DNA from: Planctomycetota bacterium
GTDB taxonomy: Bacteria > Planctomycetota > Phycisphaerae > SM23-33
Assembly (NCBI GenBank): GCA_009908915.1
Contig: JAAAOJ010000018.1
Span: forward strand, 6,282 to 70,281
DNA: 64,000 nt
Direction of reading: 5' to 3'
A program made the position numbers and the translations under genes. The notes below the pieces were generated by a model. It was not told the DNA's origin and made no database searches. It saw only the letters and a program-made list of their open reading frames with translations. Shown piece by piece: positions 27,756 to 35,536 of the stretch. Positions within the stretch are counted from its first letter, which is position 1. Every line of letters starts with the position of its first letter.

Positions 27756-28118
27756 CTACACGGCGTGCCTTGCCTCGTCGAGGCTCAGTTGCGAGCGACG
27801 TTTCATGGCTGCCAGCAGCGACTCGCGCGACTGGCCGAACTGGACCTTGGCCGCGGCAAGTTCCGCGACACGCTTCCTCCGCTCGACCGTGTACTGTTGC
27901 CGGCGGCGACGATAGGTAGCGGCCGCCTCGGTCTGACCCTCGGCCTGAGAGACGATGGCCGCGTAGTAGTAGGCATCGGCCTGCTCCTGCAGGTCGTGAA
28001 TCTGTCGCCGTGCCTCGTCGAGGCGATGCTGAGCGGCAGCCATGTCGTCGCGGCAGGTGCGTTCCTCCTGCAAGCGAAGCTGCAGGACCGTGGTTCCGAG
28101 TGTGTCGCTTGTCGCCAT
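27756..28118 (-). CDS. coiled-coil protein, possibly FliJ-like export chaperone/stalk
   Basis: 120 aa, predicted all-helical and rich in Arg/Gln/Glu/Ala. The call rests on size, composition and position in the flagellar operon. No diagnostic motif. Confidence 0.35.
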   Translation of the reverse strand: MATSDTLGTTVLQLRLQEERTCRDDMAAAQHRLDEARRQIHDLQEQADAYYYAAIVSQAEGQTEAAATYRRRRQQYTVERRKRVAELAAAKVQFGQSRESLLAAMKRRSQLSLDEARHAV

Positions 28119-28161
28119 CGTCGTGACTCCTATATGGGACGTATGGTCGCGCGTATGGTCA

Positions 28162-29703
28162 TCATGCCATCACCTGACCTTCGCGGACGGCCGTGGCCCT
28201 GTCGGCGGCGTCGCAGTCGCCGATGGCCTCGACGATCCGCCGCTGGGCGTCCTCGATGTCGCCGAGGCGGACCGGACCGATGTCTTGCATGCGGGCTTCG
28301 ACGGTCTCCGCGACCTGCGGTTCGATCGCGGCCAGCAGGCGTTCCTTCAGGTCATCACTGGCGGTACGAAGTGCGATGGCCAGGTCGTCCGGCGATGCGT
28401 CGGCCAAGGTCGTCGCCAGGCGGTCGGCGGGCAGGTCCACGATGTCGCCAAAGGTGAACAGTTGCCGGCTGATCGACTCGGCCAGACGGGGATCCTGGCG
28501 AGCCAGGGCTTCGAGGACATTCCGACGACCGGCGTGGCCGCTGTGTTTCAGTACGCGTGCGACGGCCGAGATGCCGCCCTGCCGGCGCCGATGGCCCTGT
28601 CCGTCTTCGGTTAGCCGTTCGGCAAGTCGCCTTTCCGCCTGTGCCAGTGTATCCGGGTCGATGCGGTCCATCACGGCCATGCACCGGGCCACCTGGACCT
28701 GCCGAGTCCCACCAAATCGGGCAAGGAGACGTGCTGCCCGGGAGGGGCTCATGTGGATCAGTGCCAGGGCGACTGTTTCGGCGGACTGGTCCGCCAGCAG
28801 TGTAGCCATGTCGTCGAAGGAAGCCTGCTTGAGGACCTCGAAGTGTCTCTTGGGGGGGACGACGGCAGCGGGGATATCGCAGCGGTGCTGACGCCGCCGG
28901 GCCAGTGCGCGGAGTCGAACCCACGCCAGCCGGCGACGCCGGCGCCGGATGCGCCGCATGATGATTGCTGCCACGATGGCGATCTCGGCCATAACGATTC
29001 CGGCCAGGACCACCCACACCCAGGGGACGCCAATGGATGCATGGATCGTGTCTTCAGCGGGTGAGGCGGGAACGGCCGTTGCCGCTTCGCTGGCCGGGCG
29101 ACTGTCCGTTGGCACGGGCGCCGCCTGGGCCTCGCGTGTCGCCAGAGCGCCGAGATCGTCGGCGAGGCAATAGCTGCCACCATGCGTGTCGATGACCCGG
29201 ACGGCTTGGCGGTTCAGGCCGGTCACCGCGCCGGCGACCTGGTCGGCGATGGCCGTCAACAGCGAGGCCGTGAAATCCGCATCCGCCGCAAGGTGGACGG
29301 TGACGACGGCTCGCGGTGGCTGAGCCTGGCGACCGAGGCCGCCGGGCGTACCGGGTTCGAGAAACACGGTCGCACGATCGACAGCGGCGAAATCACTGAG
29401 CAATCGCCCGAGCATGGCCATGCGGGCGAGCTGCCACCGCCGGTCGCGGTCGGCCTGGCTCTGCCAGATGTTGCTCTCGTTGGTGGCGGTTCGGAGTTCG
29501 GCCAGCGGATCGGACGATGCGGCCGGCTGGGCGGAATGCGTTGGTTCGTCGGACGGCGCAGGCCAGACGAGGCACGCCAGGAGAGCCACGCCCACGGCGA
29601 CGGCCATGGCCGACAGGAGCAGCTTCGAACGCCCCGCCTCCTGGACGAGGGCTTTGCTCCGCTGCGTGAGCGAGTCGAGCAGGTTGTTCCATCGTACTGG
29701 CAC
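28162..29703 (-). CDS. fusion protein: minimal FliF/SctJ-like membrane ring module plus FliG-like middle and C-terminal domains
   Basis: 513 aa. TM1 (res ~28-46), a YscJ/FliF-like segment (res ~88-175), TM2 (res ~226-249), a poly-Arg linker, then FliG-like ARM, GG linker, LFTFGDI (MFxF) and a C-terminal domain with IGPVRLGDIEDAQRRIVEAI. Confidence 0.7.
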   Translation of the reverse strand: MPVRWNNLLDSLTQRSKALVQEAGRSKLLLSAMAVAVGVALLACLVWPAPSDEPTHSAQPAASSDPLAELRTATNESNIWQSQADRDRRWQLARMAMLGRLLSDFAAVDRATVFLEPGTPGGLGRQAQPPRAVVTVHLAADADFTASLLTAIADQVAGAVTGLNRQAVRVIDTHGGSYCLADDLGALATREAQAAPVPTDSRPASEAATAVPASPAEDTIHASIGVPWVWVVLAGIVMAEIAIVAAIIMRRIRRRRRRLAWVRLRALARRRQHRCDIPAAVVPPKRHFEVLKQASFDDMATLLADQSAETVALALIHMSPSRAARLLARFGGTRQVQVARCMAVMDRIDPDTLAQAERRLAERLTEDGQGHRRRQGGISAVARVLKHSGHAGRRNVLEALARQDPRLAESISRQLFTFGDIVDLPADRLATTLADASPDDLAIALRTASDDLKERLLAAIEPQVAETVEARMQDIGPVRLGDIEDAQRRIVEAIGDCDAADRATAVREGQVMA

Positions 29704-29751
29704 TTACGGTCCTCCATGACCGTCGCACCTGCGTCCGGAGACGCTTGTGGC

Positions 29752-29957
29752 CCAGCAGTCGGTTAGACATGGATCGCGTCGCGAGGTCGAGGCACTTTGC
29801 CGAGCATCAAGGGGCGGAAACGCAGGCGACTGGTGAATTCGCTGAGTTTTCGCGACGATGACGCACAGGCACAAGGCCCGACCGCAGCAGCGATAGCTTT
29901 CAAAAAGGCCCGGCCGCAGCAGCGATAGCTTTCGAAACGGTCTAAACGGGCTGCTAG
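29752..29957 (+). repeat. MITE-like intergenic element, copy C (contains an internal 33-nt tandem duplication)
   Basis: Left end ccagcagtcggttagac, right end tctaaacgggctgctag. The core is shared with copies B, E and F. aaggcccg(a/g)ccgcagcagcgatagctttc occurs twice in tandem. Confidence 0.8.
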
Positions 29958-30304
29958 ATTTCCATGCGGGTGAAATGCTCCCGTATGCGTTCAAGGGGCA
30001 CCCTCTGTGCCCGCAGTTTCTGTATCAGGTCGATGCGTTCGAAAACACTCTGGTCGTACTGGCGGTGGCCGCCACGCGTCCAACCCGCCTCGTCGATGAG
30101 GCCCATGATCGTGTAGTTGTGAATTGTCTGCCGACTGCAGCCATAGTGCTCGGCGACCTCACCGATGCGATACAACTTCGGCGGTATCCCTGACTCGTCG
30201 TCGGATTCGGCGATGAGCACCGTCAGGTCAACTGCCCCGTCGTCGATTTCGAGCTCGTCATCTCGCCGCTGATGTTTGTCGTTGCGGAAATCCGGCATCA
30301 TCAT
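29954..30304 (-). CDS. MerR-family transcriptional regulator
   Basis: HTH YRIGEVAEHYGCSRQTIHNYTIMGLI...GGHRQYDQSVFERIDLIQKLR with an acidic N-terminal tail. Triple ATG at 30298-30304 follows AGGAAG. The long upstream part of ORF 29954..30973 is not credible. Confidence 0.75.
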   Translation of the reverse strand: MMMPDFRNDKHQRRDDELEIDDGAVDLTVLIAESDDESGIPPKLYRIGEVAEHYGCSRQTIHNYTIMGLIDEAGWTRGGHRQYDQSVFERIDLIQKLRAQRVPLERIREHFTRMEI

Positions 30305-30542
30305 CTTCCTGGTCTGCGATTCCGGCAGCTGTATATTGTATGCTTTACAAATCATAAAATGAACTACTGTGATGTCCGCGTCAATGCAAAAATGCAGAAA
30401 TATCTGTTGACCCCACGACACCGCCCGAGCACGCGCACACAAAAGGTTACGGCAGCATCCCCAGGTCCTCCCCATCGCCCACCATGGCCCGCATGCATCA
30501 TCTGTTGCCATCTCGGACTCGCATGCCCTAAGATGCGGTGCC

Positions 30543-31724
30543 GTGCGTAGACTGCGACCCATCCTGACGGCTCTCGGCGGTGCAGCCATCGGCCTGGCTG
30601 TGCTTGTCCTTCTTCGGATAACCGTTCTGGGCCCGCACTCGAGGCCACCCTCGCAGGACCGCCCTGACCTCGCTGCCCCCGGTCCCCGGCCGCCATCGCC
30701 TGTAGGTTCGCCATCCACGCCGGCTGGCAATGCCCCTGACCGTTGGCCCGAGGATACCCCCGACCCAGGCAGCAAGGTCAAACCTGCCGACGCAACCGAA
30801 CCCGGCGCCGCCCGGACACCAACGCTCCCAAACCCCGCCGGCAGCGCAGCGATGGCACAGGAGATGCTCGCCGCGCTTGAACCGTTGGGCAGATCGGCCG
30901 GCACCGACCCCGCTGGCCCCGGCCGTGCCCGCGACCTGATCGGCCAGGGCGATGCCACTCTCGCTGACGGCAAGGCTGCCGCGGCAGCCGACCTCTTCCG
31001 TCAGGCGCTGGATGTTGATCCCCACGATGCCGACGCGGTTGCCGGCCTGGCGATGGCACTGCTGATAGCCGAGGAATTTGAAGACGCCATTCCGGTCTAT
31101 CGCAAGCTCATCGCCCTGAGACCCGAGGATCATACGGCGTGGCACAACCTCGCCCTGGCCCTGGTGCGCACGGGCGACATGTTCGAAGCCGAGCACGTCT
31201 ACCTCCGCCTGATCGATCGCGAGCCGGAATTCGTCGAGGCACGGGCAAACCTCGCGACGATCCACCAGGCCAGGGGGAAACTCGCCGATGCCGCCCGGCA
31301 GTGGCGAAGAGTCGTTGATCTCGATGCGAAACGGGCCGACGCGTGGGCCAACCTGGGCGAAGTGCTCATCGATCTCGGACAGGCCGAGGAGGCCATGCAC
31401 GCCTATGCCGAGGCGGCTAAGCTGCGGCCGAAGGTGGCCTCGGGTTGGCTGAACTACGCCGTAGCCGCACAGGAAGCCGGCAGCGGCGGGCGGGCGCTGG
31501 CAGCCCTGGAGCGGGTAATCGAACTGGCTCCGCACGATCCCGAGCCCTGGCGTATGATGGGCGACGTGAAGATCGAGTTGTACCGGGTCACGAAGGAACC
31601 CGCCCTGCTCAAGGGCGCCGTGGAGGCCTGGCGGAAAAGCCTGCAACGCGACAGCAATCAGCCTCAACTCGACAAGCGCCTCCATCTGTACGGCCCGCTC
31701 GCCGAAGAGGCCGAAAGCGAATAG
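30543..31724 (+). CDS. TPR repeat protein with N-terminal membrane anchor
   Basis: GTG start, TM segment ILTALGGAAIGLAVLVLL, a Pro-rich linker, then at least six TPR-like 34-aa units (e.g. AWHNLALALVRTGDMFEAEHVYLRLIDREPEF). Confidence 0.75.
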   Translation: MRRLRPILTALGGAAIGLAVLVLLRITVLGPHSRPPSQDRPDLAAPGPRPPSPVGSPSTPAGNAPDRWPEDTPDPGSKVKPADATEPGAARTPTLPNPAGSAAMAQEMLAALEPLGRSAGTDPAGPGRARDLIGQGDATLADGKAAAAADLFRQALDVDPHDADAVAGLAMALLIAEEFEDAIPVYRKLIALRPEDHTAWHNLALALVRTGDMFEAEHVYLRLIDREPEFVEARANLATIHQARGKLADAARQWRRVVDLDAKRADAWANLGEVLIDLGQAEEAMHAYAEAAKLRPKVASGWLNYAVAAQEAGSGGRALAALERVIELAPHDPEPWRMMGDVKIELYRVTKEPALLKGAVEAWRKSLQRDSNQPQLDKRLHLYGPLAEEAESE

Positions 31725-31936
31725 GTCAGGCGGCAAGCCTGCTGCATTTCGCGGGGCCATCTTTATGTCGTTGCGGGCCATCCCAGACCCCCATCGCCCC
31801 GCCCGTCTCTTCGGTCGCGCGTAGAAACGCGGCCCGAACCGCTAAGATTCCAGTGAGAACACCGATCCCTCGCCCGCGCGGTTCAAGGCGGCCAACCGCC
31901 GGGGGGCCTCGGGCGAGGTCTGGAGACGCGTAGACG

Positions 31937-32242
31937 ATGTCTGACTCCTATTTGATTGAGCTTGATGCTGTCAAGCCAGCCGAGAAACAGCGGCGTCGAG
32001 TGCTGGTGACCGGTGCGGCCGGACGTATCGGCTCGTGTTTCGCGATCGTGCATGGCCTGTCGAACAACCGCTTCAACAGGATGAGCATCGTCGAGTCGCG
32101 GGAGTTGCTGGGCTACGCGCCGCAGGACGATTTCACCGAGGAGAACCCCGACCTGTCGGAGCTGGACCTGCACGAGCAGGGCCGGCCGCACAGCGATCGC
32201 GACCAGAACAAGGACACCGGGCTGCACGACGAGTTGGAGTAG
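31937..32242 (+). pseudogene. internally deleted remnant of an NAD-dependent epimerase/dehydratase-type oxidoreductase
   Basis: 101 aa. The Rossmann start RVLVTGAAGRIGS is joined directly to a C-terminal tail typical of the family (IVHGLSNNRFNRMSIVESRELLGYAPQDDF). About 230 central codons are missing. Confidence 0.6.
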
Positions 32243-32269
32243 ATAAGCCCGACGGTCGGGCACGCAGAT

Positions 32270-33496
32270 ATGATCAAGGGACCCGAACACACAACGCACC
32301 TGGTGCTGCTGTTCGGCGGCGTGACGCTCTCGGCGATGCTGCTGAAGCCGGCCTTGCGACGGCTGCGGGTTCCTCCGCTCGTGGCGTACCTGGGCATCGG
32401 CATTGCGTTGCGGGTGCTGGACCAGCAGACCGGGGCCGTCGGCAGGGCCGGCAACGAGATGCTCGGATTCCTGGCGGCGCTGGGTGTGATCGCATTGCTG
32501 TTCCGCGTCGGGCTGCGAAGCGACCTGCCGGGACTGGTTGGCCAGCTCGGCTGCGCCTCGATGATCTGGCTGGGCAACCTGGCCGTCAGCGGCGTGGGAG
32601 GTTACGCGGCGGCGCGGCTGCTGGGCTTCCCGATTATCCCCAGCCTCGTGGTCGCCACGGCCATGACCGCCACGAGTATCGGCATTCCGGCCCGGGTCTG
32701 GCAGGATGCCGACGCGCTGGACACCGAGGCGGGCCAGCGGTTCGTCGACGTCGCTGAACTGGATGACATCTCGGGTGTGGTGCTGATGGCCGTGCTGTTT
32801 GCCGTCCTGCCAGCGCTGCGGGGGGCGGGACAGGATGGGCTCTGGCTGGTGCTCGGCCGGAAGACAGGCCTGTTCCTGCTAAAACTCGTGCTCTTCGCGG
32901 CGGCATGTGTGGTCTTCTCGCGGTTTCTCGAGGCGCGGTTTTCGGCCGTCGTTCGTCGCATCGAATCCGGACCGGACCCGATGCTGGTGGTGGTGGCCGT
33001 CGGCGTACTCGTAGCGGCAGCGGCCGGACTGCTGGGCTTTTCCATTGCCATCGGGGCGTTCTTCGCCGGCCTGGTTTTCAGCCGCGACGAACGCAGCAGC
33101 GAGGTCGACGAAAGCTTCTCGCCACTCTATGACCTGCTAACGCCGTTCTTCTTCGTCGCAGCCGGCCTGGCGATGGCGCCGGACGATATGCTGTCCGCCC
33201 TGGGCATCGGCGCGGCGTTGTTCGCAGCGGCCGTGGTGGGCAAGGTCATCGGCACGGCGGGGCCGGCTCGATGTTATGTGGATTGGCCCGAGGCCGGCAC
33301 ACTTGGCGTGAGCATGATTCCCCGGGCGGAGATCACGCTGCTGATCATGCATCGTGCCGCGGCGATGGGCAAGGGCGTTGCCCCGCCAGCGATATACAGC
33401 GGCATGATCCTTGTCTGTGCGGCCACATGCATGACCACGCCGCCGCTGCTGCGCTGGCTGCTCACACCGAAACCGTCGGCTGATGAGACGTCGTGA
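32270..33496 (+). CDS. cation:proton antiporter (CPA1/CPA2, Na+/H+ exchanger family)
   Basis: 408 aa, about 11-12 hydrophobic segments, overall pattern of Kef/NhaP-type exchangers. Confidence 0.7.
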   Translation: MIKGPEHTTHLVLLFGGVTLSAMLLKPALRRLRVPPLVAYLGIGIALRVLDQQTGAVGRAGNEMLGFLAALGVIALLFRVGLRSDLPGLVGQLGCASMIWLGNLAVSGVGGYAAARLLGFPIIPSLVVATAMTATSIGIPARVWQDADALDTEAGQRFVDVAELDDISGVVLMAVLFAVLPALRGAGQDGLWLVLGRKTGLFLLKLVLFAAACVVFSRFLEARFSAVVRRIESGPDPMLVVVAVGVLVAAAAGLLGFSIAIGAFFAGLVFSRDERSSEVDESFSPLYDLLTPFFFVAAGLAMAPDDMLSALGIGAALFAAAVVGKVIGTAGPARCYVDWPEAGTLGVSMIPRAEITLLIMHRAAAMGKGVAPPAIYSGMILVCAATCMTTPPLLRWLLTPKPSADETS

Positions 33497-33631
33497 GACC
33501 GCGGACGGCGCTGGGCTGCGCCGCTCCAATGAAGAAATGCCTTGCTCTTGTACGACCAAAAGCCAAGAATGCAGAGTTCCTGACGTCGCGACGATACACC
33601 ACCAGGTATCACTAGAGAGCGTATCGCGAAA

Positions 33632-35119
33632 TTGTACTACATGACGCATGGAAGGAATACGATGAACTCACCACTCCACAGTAAGCCGGGCCTCCGGTCG
33701 AGCCTGTACTGCCCCCTCGACGCGACCGCCATCAAGGATATCGCCGACGCGGCCTTCGACGTGCTGGCCAACTCCGGCGTCGCCGTCCACAGTGCAACCG
33801 CGCGCGAGGCCTTCCGCAACGCCGGGGCCGAGGTCGATGAAGAGAGCCGCACCGCCAAGCTGCCGCGCAGCTTCGTCGAAGATGCCGTCGCCTCGAACCC
33901 CTCGTCGATTACCCTGCACTCGCGCGACGACGACTTCGACGCCGTCCTCGAGAAGAACCGCGTACACTACGGCACAGGCGGCACGGCAATCTACGTGCTG
34001 GACCCCGACAGCGGTGAACGGCGCGACGCGACCGTCCAGGACGTGAGGCTCAACGCCCGCATGGTGCAAGCCCTGGAAAACATTCACGTCTTCACGATCA
34101 ATGTCTTCCCGCATGACGTGGAAGACCGCAACGCCATCGACGTCAACCGCTTTTTCCACGCGATGGACAACACGACCAAGCACGTGATGGGCGGCATCTA
34201 TACGCTCGACGGATGCAAGAAGGTCGTCAAGCTGGCCGAGACCCTCGCCGGCGGTGCCGACGCCCTCCGCGAAAAGCCGTTCGTCTCGTTCATCACGCTC
34301 ATCATCAGCCCCTTCAAGATCGACGACCACTACGGCGAGATGACCTGCTACCTGGCCGAAAAGGGCCTGCCCGTCGTCGTGCCCACCGAGCCGATCTGCG
34401 GCACGACCGCGCCGATCACGCTGGCGGGCAACGTCCTGGTGCATACGGCCGAGACGTTGGCCGGCATTGCCCTGGTCCAGAGCGTCAACAAGGGCGCGCC
34501 GGGTATCTGCGGCAGCGTCGGGTCGATTCCGAACCTCAAAACGATGAACCACCTTGCCGGGCCGATCGAGCGGGCCATGATCAACGCCGCCGTCTCGCAG
34601 ATGGCCCAGCACTTCGAGATTCCGCTGTATTCCACGGGTGGCACCTCGGACGCCAAGAGCGTCGATATCCAGGCCGCCTACGAATCGGCGATGTCTTCGC
34701 TGCTGGTGGCCATGAGCGGCGCGAACTATATACACGATATCGCCGGCCTGATGGAGTCCGACCTCACCGTCAGCTACGAGAAGCTCGTCATGGATAACGA
34801 GATTCTCGGCATGTGTCAGCGAGTCCTTCGCGGCATCGAGGTCAACGGCGAGACGCTGGCCGTTGACATGCTGAAACGCAAGGGCCCCGGCCAGGACTTC
34901 CTTGCCGAGGAGCATACCTTGGACTACATGCGGAGCGAGTTCTTCGTACCCCGGATCGCCAACCGCGACAAGCGCGACCAAATGCAGCCGCACGACGAGG
35001 CCTTCGACCGGGCACGGAGGTTCGTGGCCGACATGCGGAACGCACCGGCCAACTCGGAGATACCCGCTGACGTTCGCCAGTCGATCCTCGCCGAGTTTGG
35101 CGCGATCCTCGAAGGCTGA
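33632..35119 (+). CDS. MttB-superfamily methyltransferase (non-pyrrolysine member)
   Basis: 495 aa, continuous with no in-frame TAG. Family-wide resemblance, e.g. HYGTGGTAIYVLD, VVPTEPICGTTAPITLAGN, STGGTSDAK and DFLAEEHTLDYMRSEFF. A start at 33662 (MNSPLH) is possible. Confidence 0.75.
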   Translation: MYYMTHGRNTMNSPLHSKPGLRSSLYCPLDATAIKDIADAAFDVLANSGVAVHSATAREAFRNAGAEVDEESRTAKLPRSFVEDAVASNPSSITLHSRDDDFDAVLEKNRVHYGTGGTAIYVLDPDSGERRDATVQDVRLNARMVQALENIHVFTINVFPHDVEDRNAIDVNRFFHAMDNTTKHVMGGIYTLDGCKKVVKLAETLAGGADALREKPFVSFITLIISPFKIDDHYGEMTCYLAEKGLPVVVPTEPICGTTAPITLAGNVLVHTAETLAGIALVQSVNKGAPGICGSVGSIPNLKTMNHLAGPIERAMINAAVSQMAQHFEIPLYSTGGTSDAKSVDIQAAYESAMSSLLVAMSGANYIHDIAGLMESDLTVSYEKLVMDNEILGMCQRVLRGIEVNGETLAVDMLKRKGPGQDFLAEEHTLDYMRSEFFVPRIANRDKRDQMQPHDEAFDRARRFVADMRNAPANSEIPADVRQSILAEFGAILEG

Positions 35120-35202
35120 TCAGGCAACGCCAAGTCGGCATACGTAATACGATAAGGTTTTGCGCGACGTAGCACCCGCCCCGCCGCGCGTCACGAACGC
35201 AT

Positions 35203-35313
35203 ATGCCCTGAAGTAGCATGGTCAAGCCGTGCCGGTGGCATCGCTTCAATCGTTCCGTCCTCGTATGCGACCCCTGAAGTGGCATGGTAGAGCCGTGCCG
35301 GTGGCATCGCTTC
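35203..35313. repeat. two ~45-nt direct repeats in the convergent gap between the mttB-like gene and mreB
   Basis: cctgaagt(a/g)gcatggt(ca/ag)agccgtgccggtggcatcgcttc occurs at 35207 and 35273. Confidence 0.75.
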
Positions 35314-35536
35314 GGGAGTGCTCCACCATGCACGAGCTTCGTTTGCATGGCATAGGAAAGCATCCATGCGGGGCGGAGCACTCCCGCAGGGGACGCCTTC
35401 GGTGCTGCTCCGCCGCGTTTGTCATTGTGGCCGCTGTCCGTTGACGTGGCCGCCCGCCCGAACGCTACGACGGCCGGTCGATGCTGCCCCAACCGCGTCC
35501 CGCCGGACTCGCGGCCTTGTCTCCTATACAGCGCTG

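Noticed and set aside
30305-30542. AT-rich divergent region between the MerR-type gene and the TPR gene, with TGCAAAAATGCA palindrome and several -10/-35-like hexamers
   Set aside because: This is plausibly the promoter/operator region, but no hexamer pair has convincing spacing. No MerR-type 19-20-bp spacer promoter or sigma-54/sigma-28 element could be assigned with confidence.
33632-35119. Possible pyrrolysine (in-frame TAG) recoding in the MttB-family gene
   Set aside because: The ORF is continuous over 495 codons with no internal amber codon. No pyl genes are visible.
35225-35310. TGGCAT/TGGTCA strings suggesting sigma-54 promoters in the mttB-mreB gap
   Set aside because: The GG-to-GC spacing is off by one or more nucleotides in every candidate, and there is no downstream gene in the right orientation.
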